DNA from: Chrysomallon squamiferum
Lineage: Eukaryota; Animalia; Mollusca
NCBI GenBank assembly: GCA_012295275.1
Contig: CM022665.1
Coordinates: 5,084,001-5,148,000, forward strand
Length of the DNA: 64,000 nt
Direction: 5' to 3'
The translations under genes were made by a program, and so were the position numbers. This document shows, piece by piece, positions 52,278 through 64,000 of the stretch (its first letter is position 1; the number at the start of each line of letters is the position of its first letter). The notes under the pieces are model-generated. The model was given only the letters and a program-made list of their open reading frames with translations. It was not told the DNA's origin and did no database searches.

Positions 52278-52859
52278 TATTATTATTAAATGTACCTTTT
52301 ATTATTTTAATACTCTGTACCTTAAATGCAACGACCGTGAGTCACATGGTGAATGATGAAGCCCCACCTAAGAATGGCTAATACGGAATATTTCATACTT
52401 GAAAATGAATTATTCTGGTGGACTATTCGAAATAGGTACAGAACATATAATATTTGTATTAAATACCGTTTTAAAATATCTCACTGATATTTAAAATACA
52501 TTAATAATACGTTTGGCATGCTGTATTGTGTATGATACTCTTTTCGAGATTTGAATTATAAATAGGCAACTACAAGATCATCCGATTCTGTTGTGTTTCA
52601 CAGATTAAGGTCTACCTACGAAATAAAGAAATATTGTTAAATACATTGTCTGTATTTCGATCTAACTTTTTGCCTTCGAGTCTGTGAGCCAATATCTGCT
52701 AATGAAACAGTATAACAGTACAAAAAAAAAAAAAAAAAAAATTCGAGATAACAATGCTTTATCGTGGCACTTTTTAGGGAAAAGTGGAACTGTAAGATGA
52801 ATGTATAGACAATATATTCAAACAATTAGTCCATGGTTTCTTAAAAACTAACTAACTAA

Positions 52860-52928
<69 letters not shown>

Positions 52929-53655
52929 ATAATGAATATGAATAATAAAAAAAATACCTTCAGTGGTAACGATGTTTTCTGAAAGAATGGTTGTACAACG
53001 ACGGTAAAATCGTCCCTGCCGTCGTAACGCCCGCTGTTGACTAGATCCTGCACTGAGTGCTGATATGAGCTGATAGCAGCCGCAAGTTCTTTCTTAGCTT
53101 CGTCGTTTTTTGGAAAGGCACCACACCGACACAGAAAGCTAAAATCAAAACAAAGAACGTGTGCAGTGAATTAAATCCATCTTGATACAAAAAATAATTA
53201 TAACACATTTTAATAAGAACGAAAACCTAAAATCAAAACAAAGAAATGTTTTTATTAATTAATTAATTTATTTATTTATTTATTCATATAGGTACTGATA
53301 GTGTATTGATATTAGTATTAGTTTTAGTTTTAATGACATGCTTACAGATGCATGACTGTACAGATCAAGCCTTTGTTGAGCTTCTCTGTTATGTCCACTT
53401 GAAGTACTTCCACCAAGTTAATAAAAGCTCGTGGCACTTCAGCATAAAACACGTCCAGTGTTTTCTTAATATTTTCTATATAGTGCTGCGGGCTAAATTC
53501 TGCCTACAAATGAATGTTAAACTTAATGTTACTCTGCGTTTATTTATTTGAAAGGATAACATATCCATCTGTGTTTTGTTGGCCATCCACGACATATTTA
53601 AAAAAAAATATATTTTGCATTCTTTTGTGAGCTGTAATGGTTAGTCAGTGAAAGT

Positions 53656-53701
<46 letters not shown>

Positions 53702-55799
53702 ACACACACACACACTATGGATTTTCATCCAAAAATATTTTATCATAAAGTTACTTTCACTATTTTTCACATACTTTAGCTATCCTTCGAATCCAGTAAA
53801 ACGAAAACGATATTTCACCATAATTTAAATTTCGTTTAGACAAAATATTAAAATCTACGCTGTACATTTTGCTGTTTTCGTCATTGTAGTAACAAAATAT
53901 ATACTCACTTTATCTTCACAGAAATCACATAGGTCGTTACCACCAATGAACACCGTGATGACTTTCCAGTCTTTGTTGAAGTCAATGCTGTCATCATTCT
54001 TCATTCTCTTCACTAGCTCTATGGCTTGCTGGTATATTTCACTAAAAAACGATGACCCAGATACTTTAATTCGTAACAAACGTACTTCAGTGTGGTCCGC
54101 TAAATTTTAACGTGATCCGTTTATATATCATTAAATATGTTCAAACTGGTGGTCAGTGATATGTAAGTGTCGTGTGTGCGAGCACATGTTTGTGTATGTA
54201 TGTATGTATATGTGTGTGTATGTATGTATGTTTTTGTTGTACAGATCCGACATGACCGTCCAGCAAGCCGTTTGACATCCTCGTAATACCTACTGCTTTT
54301 TATCAATGTTTTTCTTGATGAATTAATTATCATTTGTCTTTCTTTCAGTCTATTTTAAATGCTTCCATCAAAAGAATATACTGGGAGTTACTTACATACT
54401 CTTTGCTCCTGGTTTTGCTAAATCCAGATGTGCATTTTTGTTATTGACTGCCCCACTTCCAGTAGAATAGCCTTTCAAATTTGGATTATACTTTTTTAAA
54501 ATGTCTGAAAATATATAGTGAAAATGGTTGCTAATGTACATAATTATAACTGTTTTTCTTAAAATTATTTTATTATTAGATCAGCAAAAATAATAGTAAT
54601 AACTATCGCAGTACTTGTTGCCTCGGGAATAGTAAAAGTAATAGTAGTAGTAGATACGATAGTAATAGAAAGTAATAATAGTAGCAGCAATGATAGTAGT
54701 AGACGTAATAGCGTTATTAATGTTCATAATAATAATAATGTTAGTATTGGTAATAGTATAAAAGTAGTTATTGTAATGAAAGTGATGATAGTAGATTTCC
54801 AAAGTCAGAAATGATTACATGTATTTTTAAAATTTCGTTGTCGAACTGGCTTAAGTCACTTTACTAAGAATAAAAATTATTAAAAAATCTACATTGTCAA
54901 GGTTTATGTTAATAATCATTATCATAAAAATTGATACATTTTTATTGCGTATATTTTGACCCTTTCTCTTATCAACCTAAAATCAGAAATAAATATGGGT
55001 ACACTCAGTGCTATCTCCCTAAAAAAAAAAAAAAAATGTATTCATTTAGGTGTAGGAATTAAAATTTTAAATGATATATTTTTTACACACTCAACTTTCA
55101 TCATAATTTGTCTTACATTTATTTTATCAGGTTTTAAAGCGAGAGCGATAATCGACCATATGTTTTTTTTCCCAATGACAACGACTTCATTCTCACAGAC
55201 TGCAGGATTACAGTACAGAGAAGAACGGTTAGAGATATATAATGACTAAATTAAAGTGCACATCCCCTGTGTTGTTTCTCATTAAGCAAGGTCACTCTGC
55301 TATCTAAGACGTGTTAAGTATATAATTAGACAAATATTTTTATTTTTTAATTTTTTTTAATTTTTTTTTTTTAATGTTTATATTGCAAATGAACATTGGC
55401 GTGCAGAGGTCTGGTGATGCCGGGGGCCAACTCTTTGACTGTATGCCACAAAGACTCAAGTATAAGGCTTAGTACTGAGATATTACGAGAAAGAATTATA
55501 TTTTGAATATGTAAACACAGATGAAACATAAAATAAACACATTATTCGATTTAAATATAAATCAACCAAATTCATTAAGTTCTTTTCTCTGATTGTATGT
55601 CCGGGGTCACCACCCCTACGCTACCCCCCTCTGCACGCCCCTGCAAATGAAGGTGATGTTATCAATGTTGTGTTAGTGACTTAGACACTGTGCTTGCAGT
55701 TCGTTGAAACAAACGGCATAACCTGAACTCTTCTACATACAAATGTACTCACTGGGTAGGGTTGGCTGTTTTTCAAAAGATCCCTGTCCACCAATACTG

Positions 55800-55839
<40 letters not shown>

Positions 55840-57351
55840 GGACAGTTAAAATAAATAAATAAATAAATAAATAAAAAAATAAATAAATAAAAAAAAAATA
55901 AAATAAAAATAAATAAATGAACGGAACGAACGAACGAATCATAGATAGATAAATAAATAAATTAATCAATTAATTAAAACAAAATTCTGATTATTCTCAC
56001 CTCCATGACAATCCACGATCTTGTCTTAGCAGTCCAACGATAGTCAGAGCTGTGATTCCTGTACCAGCCTACAACAACAACAACAACAAACAACCACAAT
56101 GACAACAAATCGTAACCGGGAAGGATGCAACACGTACTTAAGCTTTTTCTGTATATATATCATTATAAATATTGTTATATATATATAATTACTTACTGTG
56201 ATGGAGTCTCCAATAGCTCCGACGACATTTATATCACCTGGTCTTAGCCTATGCACTGAAAGCCAAAAAAAAAAAAAAAAAAAAAAAGTTCCCTTTAAAT
56301 ATTATATTTCTTTATTTTTTCAAAACTGCAAAAAAAAAAAAAAAAAAAAAAAAAATCCATCTCCACCAGGTATATAATTAACATAATTACTGGAATTTTA
56401 TACCGACAAAATAAAATAAAAATTGTTATGGGTCCTGTCTTTCAGCTTACCTACTTACGATATTTAAATTTCACTGTGACGGACATATGATATAATAGTA
56501 GTTTGAATTCTTTAAAGATTTTTCCAAAAATAAATTGTAAATGAAGTTTTCATAATACAGTTTAACTTTAAGCTTGTGAATTTTTAGTTGTGTAAATAAC
56601 CAACTAATGTCGATTATAAACGTATTTCACATCGTAACAAAATATGCATTTGTTCTCTTTTACTGCTTTCATATAGCGATCTACCTGATGTTGGAATGGT
56701 ATCTGAGGGAGGGATAGGCGAACACGGAAACTCGGTGTTTTCAGGCTGGAAAAACAATTGAGAGAACAAAGAAAATAAGTGACAGAAGTAGCAACAAAAG
56801 AAAGAAAGAAAGAAAGAGGAAAATTTTAAATGCTATATATATATATATATATATAAAACTAAACATCTGTTTAACACAGCCATATTTATTAGATTTAACA
56901 AGCTGATTTTGTTTCATAACATAAAATAGAATAAAAAAAAAAAAAAATTAAGACGATCTGTTATAACAAAAAATCCATATATAAATAAATAAGTAAATAA
57001 AGAGACAGATAGATAAATTAAGATGATCTGTTATAACAAATTATATATTTCCAGTTTCTTTGTTTGTTTGTATATTTATTTATTCATCTATTTATTATTT
57101 TTCTCTAGTACCTGGCTACCAGGTAGGAAGAGATCAAGATGTTTATAGAACTCTCTCTCCATTGTTTCATTGGCCGCCAGATTGTATACAAAACGGCTGT
57201 AGTCATTGTAGGTCCATGAACTAACTGAAAATAGAAGCACCACATTATTAGATACAAATCAGTCAGAACAAAAACAAACAAACAAAAATAATAAATAAAT
57301 AAATAAAAAAATCTAAAAATTTAAATGAACGTGTGCAAAAAGTGTAAAATG

Positions 57352-57383
<32 letters not shown>

Positions 57384-58245
57384 ATAATAATAAAAAACAG
57401 CTAAATAAATAAATAAAATAAATAAAAATATTAAACAGCCCTACAAATATTCCAACACCAACAACTACCACCACCACCACTACTACTACTACTACTATTA
57501 CGTACTACAAAAACGAAACGAAATAAAAGTCACTTAAAAATATTTCTTTGCATTCTTCTCCGTCATTCAAGCAAAACGGGTTAAAACGCAATAGCACATC
57601 TAGGGACAGCGATAAAATGTTAAAGTTAATAAAAAAAAAAACACACCCAAAACCCAACACTTAATGAAATGATATTAACCTGCCGTGTTGACTTTATAGG
57701 CAGCAGATTAAATACTCACGCTTTATGATAAAACTTTTTAAATATATAACAGAATTTACGTATACGCTTATATAAATTAAACGTGTATCTTAATACAGTT
57801 TTTTATAACGACAATTTTATTTCAACTTATTTTTAATTCTCTCTATCACTCTATAGTTAATTTTTCTCTAGAAAACTCGTAGGTCATTGTATTCAAAGGC
57901 TAGTAAACGTATTTATTTATTCACACACACACACAGACGTACATACAACACTCAAACACTTAATGTAAACTTCTCGAGTTGAAATTCTAATAGGGCTTGT
58001 AGAAACTGTCTGCGTCTATTTTCAGATAAGACTGTAGCTCCGTCCATGTGCCTGAAGTTACAGAATTCGAACAAATTCAGTGCCTATAACTCGCCACATG
58101 CCTTTTTAGATAACTTAAGTGATAAAATTTCGAGGAAAAAATTTACGTACAGTTTCCGGGAAAAATGAATTAGCATTTATCGATATTCTCCGGGTTTAAA
58201 GTGCGGCGGTTTTTTCCATTTGTGCCCTCACTGTATTAAATTTCA

Positions 58246-58279
<34 letters not shown>

Positions 58280-58496
58280 TAATTTTTTTTTATTATTTTA
58301 TTATTATTATTATTATTTTTATAGTCATATTATTGCATTTTAATGTGGTTAAAACATCACATGGTGCCACTTTAAAAAAAAATATGAGATGTGTCTCACA
58401 GCTTTGAATATCACAGAATAACTTTCTTTACACATGTACCTTGATTTTTCAGTCTTCAGTATTTTAAATATTTAGTGGTAAAAAGTTAAAAAGATG

Positions 58497-58556
<60 letters not shown>

Positions 58557-58578
58557 AAGTGTTAAAACTCAGTTACTG

Positions 58579-58627
<49 letters not shown>

Positions 58628-59584
58628 TAGTTAAAAATTTCTTAATTCATCGAATTCAATTCGCCGTTTATCGCGAGAATTTTGCAAACAAAATAATCGT
58701 TTGTGTCTTATGTTTACTTTCGGAGTTCAGTTTCCCGGAAACTGACCACGTGATAGGTCGTTACTAAATTTAGCAGTGACTGCAATGATATGTGACGTAC
58801 GCGTATCTACAATTCGTACAAATGCCATTACTGAACTTTTCTGTGTTATTATATTACAATTTGTTTTTCTCTCTCTTTTCCTTGTGTGGAGGTCACATAT
58901 TTAAAATATAATTTTGGATAAATATTCATCATGTCTTTTGTAATAAATTTTAATACGCTCAAACAAATTACAAAAAACATACATTTTTAAAAAAAAAAAT
59001 TTAAAAATCCCGAAAGGTAAATGTTCTTACATTTGTTCTGATCCAACTCAACACTTTATTACATTTTTAAGCATACATATGTATGTCAAAATTTATAAAG
59101 AAGTTGTCTTAAAATCATTAGAGTAACGATTTAATTAAATTACATGTGTAAATAAGTAAGTATAACAGTTTTGTAATCATCTAAAATAATAAACATAAGT
59201 CTTAAACCAGGATAGCGAACATTCTGGTTACCACGACAAACACTAACTTGTACTTGGGATGGAAAGGGATTTTATTTAACAATATTTTTATTTTTTGTTT
59301 TTTATCAAAGCACAAGGATTTTGTAAACTCTCTTGGACAAGCGATTCAGAGTTCTGAATTATCTGCCCAAACGGAATTAAACAGCCGATGTCCAAGCTTT
59401 GTTGTCCTTAGTGTCAGTTAACAGTAATGTCCGTGGCGTGAAGTGTGCGTAAAGCGTGCGTAATTGTCGTCTCTGTATTTACTCAGCTTGTCCTAATGTT
59501 ACATATGAGACCATACTGCAGTAATTTGTTTTAATACTTACCGACCACAATACACGTTAGAAGAACAACGAAAGACCCAGCCAT
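50138..59584 (-). CDS. PLB1: Phospholipase B1-like SGNH/GDSL lipase, single domain, probably secreted, 395 aa, 13 exons
   Basis: Minus-strand exons: 59584-59542, 57224-57112, 56745-56685, 56255-56197, 56068-56001, 55796-55753, 54504-54396, 54041-53909, 53503-53346, 53138-52958, 51127-51026, 50503-50438, 50188-50138; 1188 nt in frame. Signal peptide [17 protein letters not shown]. Motifs [23 protein letters not shown] (catalytic Ser), [45 protein letters not shown] and [11 protein letters not shown] (Asp/His). The symbol is family-level. Confidence 0.92.
50791..50905. repeat. (CT)n microsatellite
   Basis: Directly visible. Confidence 0.95.
51700..52145. repeat. Degenerate AT-rich tandem repeat (~70-90 bp units) in a PLB1 intron
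   Basis: ACTATTTTCTG.AAA.AAATATTAAATGAA..CGATTTTT..CATTTTGTTGTTTG recurs 4-5 times. Confidence 0.65.
52862..52926. repeat. (AG)n microsatellite
   Basis: Directly visible. Confidence 0.95.
53660..53714. repeat. (CA)n microsatellite
   Basis: Directly visible. Confidence 0.95.
55394..55643. mobile_element. hAT-type MITE, copy 2, with perfect 8-bp TSD
   Basis: CAAATGAA|CATTGGCGTGCAGAG ... CTCTGCACGCCCCTG|CAAATGAA. An 8-bp TSD is characteristic of hAT; homologous to 7915-8186. Confidence 0.9.
58502..58624. repeat. (AT)n microsatellite and long poly(A) tract
   Basis: Directly visible. Confidence 0.9.
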
Positions 59585-60020
59585 AACGAATTACTTGCCA
59601 AACACTGTTTATTCTTATCTTTCCTCTGAGTTCACTGTGAAAGTGACTTATTCATGTGCAGTCATTCCCACGAATAAGATTATCTTCGGAAACGAACGTT
59701 TTATTTGGTCACTGTCCTTTTTGTTATCGATTATTTTTGGTATATCCGTCAGCTGACAACTTCAGATTATATATTTTTTTTTTTTTTTTTATTTATTTTT
59801 TTTTTTCCTCGAAAATAACTGGACCGAGGGGTTTTGTTTAGAGGAGTAAATCACCAACTGACCTATTTTCTAACAACAGAGAAGTCTAGGAAAGAGGTAA
59901 TGTTTGCTGATAAACTGGCTAGTTTTCTCCTTCCTTGTATGAGATCATGTTTGTCGATTATATGTGAAACCAGTACCAGGTTGATATTGTAACAATAATA
60001 AACTTTAATTGTATTATTGC

Positions 60021-60023
<3 letters not shown>

Positions 60024-60107
<84 letters not shown>
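60024..60107. repeat. (CT)n microsatellite
   Basis: Directly visible. Confidence 0.95.
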
Positions 60108-60112
<5 letters not shown>

Positions 60113-61716
60113 AAAGAAAGAAAGAAAAGAGAAGAAAGATAAGGAAAACAGTTTCATTTATGAAAGTATAAATGCGACAATCTTTGCACGGTTGCCTTGT
60201 ATATAACAGAACATCTGAGCATAAGGATCAGTATTTCAGTTTGAAAAATATTTAGACATTTGTCCCGATGAATTAGAAACAGATACTGGTGGAAGAGAAG
60301 CGAAATAACTGAGATAACTGAGTAATACATTTTACTGAAAGAAAAATATTAAATTAAATAATATTTCTTTAGTAATTTTTCTGAGATTACTGAATAATTA
60401 TGTTAATAACATAAAAATAAAGTTCAGAAAAGCAGTATTTAAGTTTTACAAATCTCAGAAGGACACTGAAATCCATTTTGTCTTCTTGCGATCTGGTTTT
60501 TCTAGCTAAAACAAAACGACAAAAATCGTGTTCGGTTGTTTTATTTTTTAAATAAATATAAGAAGATGTTTGTGTGTGTGTGTAAGAGAATGTGCGTATG
60601 TGTGCGTGTGGATATCAGTTTATAAATAAAAAGCATTCACTTATTTAGTATAAATTTTTTTTTTTTTTAGAAAAGTTTAAAGACGGAAAGAAGGAAACAG
60701 GAAAGAAAGAAACAATTTTGGCTAGGAAAAAAAAGAAACGGAAAGAAAAAAACAGTTTCATTCACAACAAATTTATTCTCATATATGAATTTCTTTGTAT
60801 CATTTAGGTCATAAGCACTTAGTAATACGAATGTTGTGTCTGACTCAGGAATGGACTTGGAACTATTGACATGGTCCTGGCACAAGGATTTGAGTCTCCT
60901 TTGGATGTGAATATGACCTTTGTTCTTGCGCTTCCTCGGGTGGGGGTGTGGGGTTTACCAACTGCATCCTCTTGAAGAATGGTGAGTAAAGTGGATTGTT
61001 CATGCTGGAACCACTGGATAACTTTCTGGGTTGACACAGTTTTTATGGTGAATTATATCAATTGGGGAATGATAATTAATGGGTGAAAGACGTGCATATT
61101 TATAATGAAATATTTAAGAAGCATTAAGAATATTAGTCTAGCACAAAAAATTATTTTTGATACCATTAACATATTTAAAATAGGAATTTTAGTAAAAATG
61201 TAATGTTTCTTTCTTTCCGTTTCTTTTTTCCTTTTTCCTTTTTTTTTTTTTTTTTTTTTAATGTTTCTTTCTTTCCTACAACCAAAGTCTTCATGCATTT
61301 ATTTGACCAGATACAGGCTTTTGTCAAATATATTCAATACAGCGCGTTTAACATTGTACATTTCAAGAATTATATATTGTCAGTAATGGATCGAATAACA
61401 TATTCTGCTGATTCCTAGTCATTTGATCTAATTTTAAAATATTCCCAGTTGATATGCAGGAGAGGATTACTTTTTTTTTGCCAGCTTTATCAAGACGGTG
61501 TTGATGATCGTAAACACAGATCTACACCTACTGTGATATCCTGTTTTATTTAAATCTATAACTACTTGTAAATTTATTAAAATTTCAAAGGTCTTTCGAA
61601 CTCAGATTTAATTATTTCCAACCAGGTGACTTAAATGTTTTGTTACAAGTTAATTAACAAGTCACTAGCGTGCAACCTTGAAGGAATACAATAATGTTTC
61701 AGCTAGAAGTAATCTG

Positions 61717-62068
61717 CAGTCGCACCTTGGTTCTCGAACTTAATCCGTTCCAGAAAGCTGTCCGAAAACCGGATTGGTTATTTCCAGAAGAAATAATAAC
61801 ATAAACTGTGTTAATCCGTTCCCAAAACCCCAATATTACGCATTACAAAGCATTTTAAGTAACACATGTTGCTTATTTAAACTATGCAAAATAATACTTT
61901 TTAGGAGCTCACTGGTCATCCGATATCGGCCCAGGCTTATCCGATACACAGTGTATTGTTTTGATGGCAACATACTGCAGCGAGACAGAATATTTCGTCC
62001 GATACACTCAGTTATCCGATATGTAAAATCCGTTATTGACGATCGTATTTTTCACTAGAACAACGTTA
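61717..62068. mobile_element. Truncated Tc1/pogo-like DNA transposon MITE
   Basis: Left end CAGTCGCACCTTGGTTCTCGAACTTAATCCGTTCC with an internal repeat of TTAATCCGTTCC. CpG-rich block with repeated TCCGATA(C/T). The right TIR was not found. Confidence 0.55.
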
Positions 62069-62452
62069 CAAAAAAAAAAAAAAAAAAAACCTGAAAGTTT
62101 TCATTTCATTCCTTGTTTTTCTCTCTTTGTTTTAACACTGTTAATTAAAATGGGATATGCTAAGTATCTTTAGAGTATTTCTCCACAGAAAAAAGTTACA
62201 CATTAATTTATTTCATTCTGTTAAAATGTTTAAAAAAAAAAAAATATAACAACATCGAAAAAACCTTTTTATAAATATACTTTATTGTCATATAGATCCA
62301 CTTTTCAAAAGTCGCAACAAATTTCTACATAACCAGTCTGTATAAATAGAGAAACAAACAGTGTTTGAATAGCACGAGTTATATTTTACATTATATTATT
62401 ATAGTAAATAAAAACTAAAATAAAATAAAACGCAGTATCTTGCTCGAGACTG

Positions 62453-62487
<35 letters not shown>

Positions 62488-64000
62488 TTTTAATTTTCAT
62501 TAGCGAACTGGATTTTAGAGTTATAGTTTACAATACTGAAAGGAAATAAATTAAGATACCAATAAATAAATAAATTTAACACAATATAATATAATATTTT
62601 AAATATGTTTGTACGATTATATTTAACAACATTTTAACGTATTTTCGGATAGAAACGTACACATACTTACATACAAAATGATCTAAAACATTTACATGTA
62701 ACACAAAATTAACAAAACCTGCACAAATACTTAAAGCCATTAAAATCAGTATTTTTCCTTTATAATTATAATGAATGCACCAGTATAACAAAATAGATTA
62801 AAATATTTCTTTCTCTCTTGCCCTGTACTAATACATTAATTACTCCATAGCGAAATAACAAAACAAAACTAAATAAATTTTTATACAACTGCTTTCAGGT
62901 TAATTCCCTGATTTGTTATTATCAAATCGATCACTAACGAAAAGTAAAGTAAATAAAACAAAATATTATTTATCTGTACTTGTTCTTACTCATAATTAAT
63001 TTACAGGGCTAGATTATCCAGCAGAATACAAAGTTACATGTATAGAAAGTTTAGCGGTTAATAAATATGTTGTATTTGTTTTGACTTGTGAACAACACTT
63101 ACATTAACAAAACGGCAAGGTAGTGCAGTAAACTTTCATTAGTTTCTGATATATTACTAATTGGAGCTGGGATTAACCTGGGCATTGATGCCTGAGAAAT
63201 TCAGAAGGTTTTAATCGACTATTGTATTTTTAAATAATAATTGAAAACAAAACAGTCTCTGATTTATAAAGAATCAAATCCAGATTTAATTAAAACAAAA
63301 AAGTTTTTTCTTCACGTCCTATATTCTCAATAATCCGTGAAGAAATAATAAAAGCACAATAAAAAAAAAAAAAAAAACAAAAAAAACCCCAACGATAAAA
63401 AGACAAAAATATATATATATTTTTTCTAATCCTGATTCATTATGAATCAGATCTGTAATTAACTAAACTTATAATAATAATAATTTTATAAGATTCCAAA
63501 AATTATATTTTATGCCCTATATGCTTGATGGAGATCAACAAATTCAGAAAAGTGAATTAAGGTTGTTCAAAAGAAATTTTTAAAGATGAAATGAGTTTTG
63601 TGTAAAGAAGAAAAATATTAATCGGGCATAAAACAGGCCAGCCATAATTCACCCAATCAAGAGATACTAAAACGAAAACTAAAAATTTAAGAATCAAAAA
63701 TATAAAAACGAAAAGAAACCGGTATCTATATTATCCCTGATTCCTGCGTATCACATCCTTGCAAACCATAAAATTAATGAACTGAAATACAGTTTATAAA
63801 ATGTGCTTTCGTGTAGTAATTCCTAAAACGTTTCAAAATGACAACCATTAAAACTTTTAATCCCTGCAAGAATGCTTGTGTAAGAACAAAAAACTTGTCT
63901 CGGAATTTCTGTAAACATTATTTTGCATTTGTATACAAAAAAGGTCTAAAATTGTAATCAAAGTATGAAGTACACAGATTAAGGAAGTTTCTATGATTTA

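Noticed and set aside
60808-60981. Selenoprotein-type TGA read-through in one plus-strand frame
   Set aside because: No recognisable selenoprotein motif or SECIS element, and no linked exons.

Overview
AT-rich, intron-rich animal genomic DNA. An invertebrate (mollusc-like) origin is inferred from composition and repeat content, not proven. Four genes were rebuilt by hand with phase-consistent GT-AG splicing. (1) A divergent polypeptide GalNAc-transferase (GALNT family) on the minus strand with an intronless CDS. (2) Head-to-head with it, a ~2517-aa senataxin/Sen1-like SF1 helicase with 21 coding exons. It has no recognisable Sen1 N-terminal domain; in its place is a very large disordered region with 14 copies of [YF]-x-x-x-T-Q. 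(3) ZC3H14/Nab2, a poly(A)-binding CCCH zinc-finger gene (~758 aa). (4) A convergent single-domain phospholipase B1-like SGNH lipase (395 aa). Several DNA-transposon MITEs and remnants (MULE/FLYWCH, hAT, Tc1/pogo), minisatellites and microsatellites are also present. The main leads are the TQ phospho-motif array on the helicase (a candidate FHA-docking DNA-damage scaffold), a tandem array of 24-nt microexon-like units in ZC3H14, and a MITE resembling mammalian Tigger4a. No database searches were run; family calls rest on recalled motifs.
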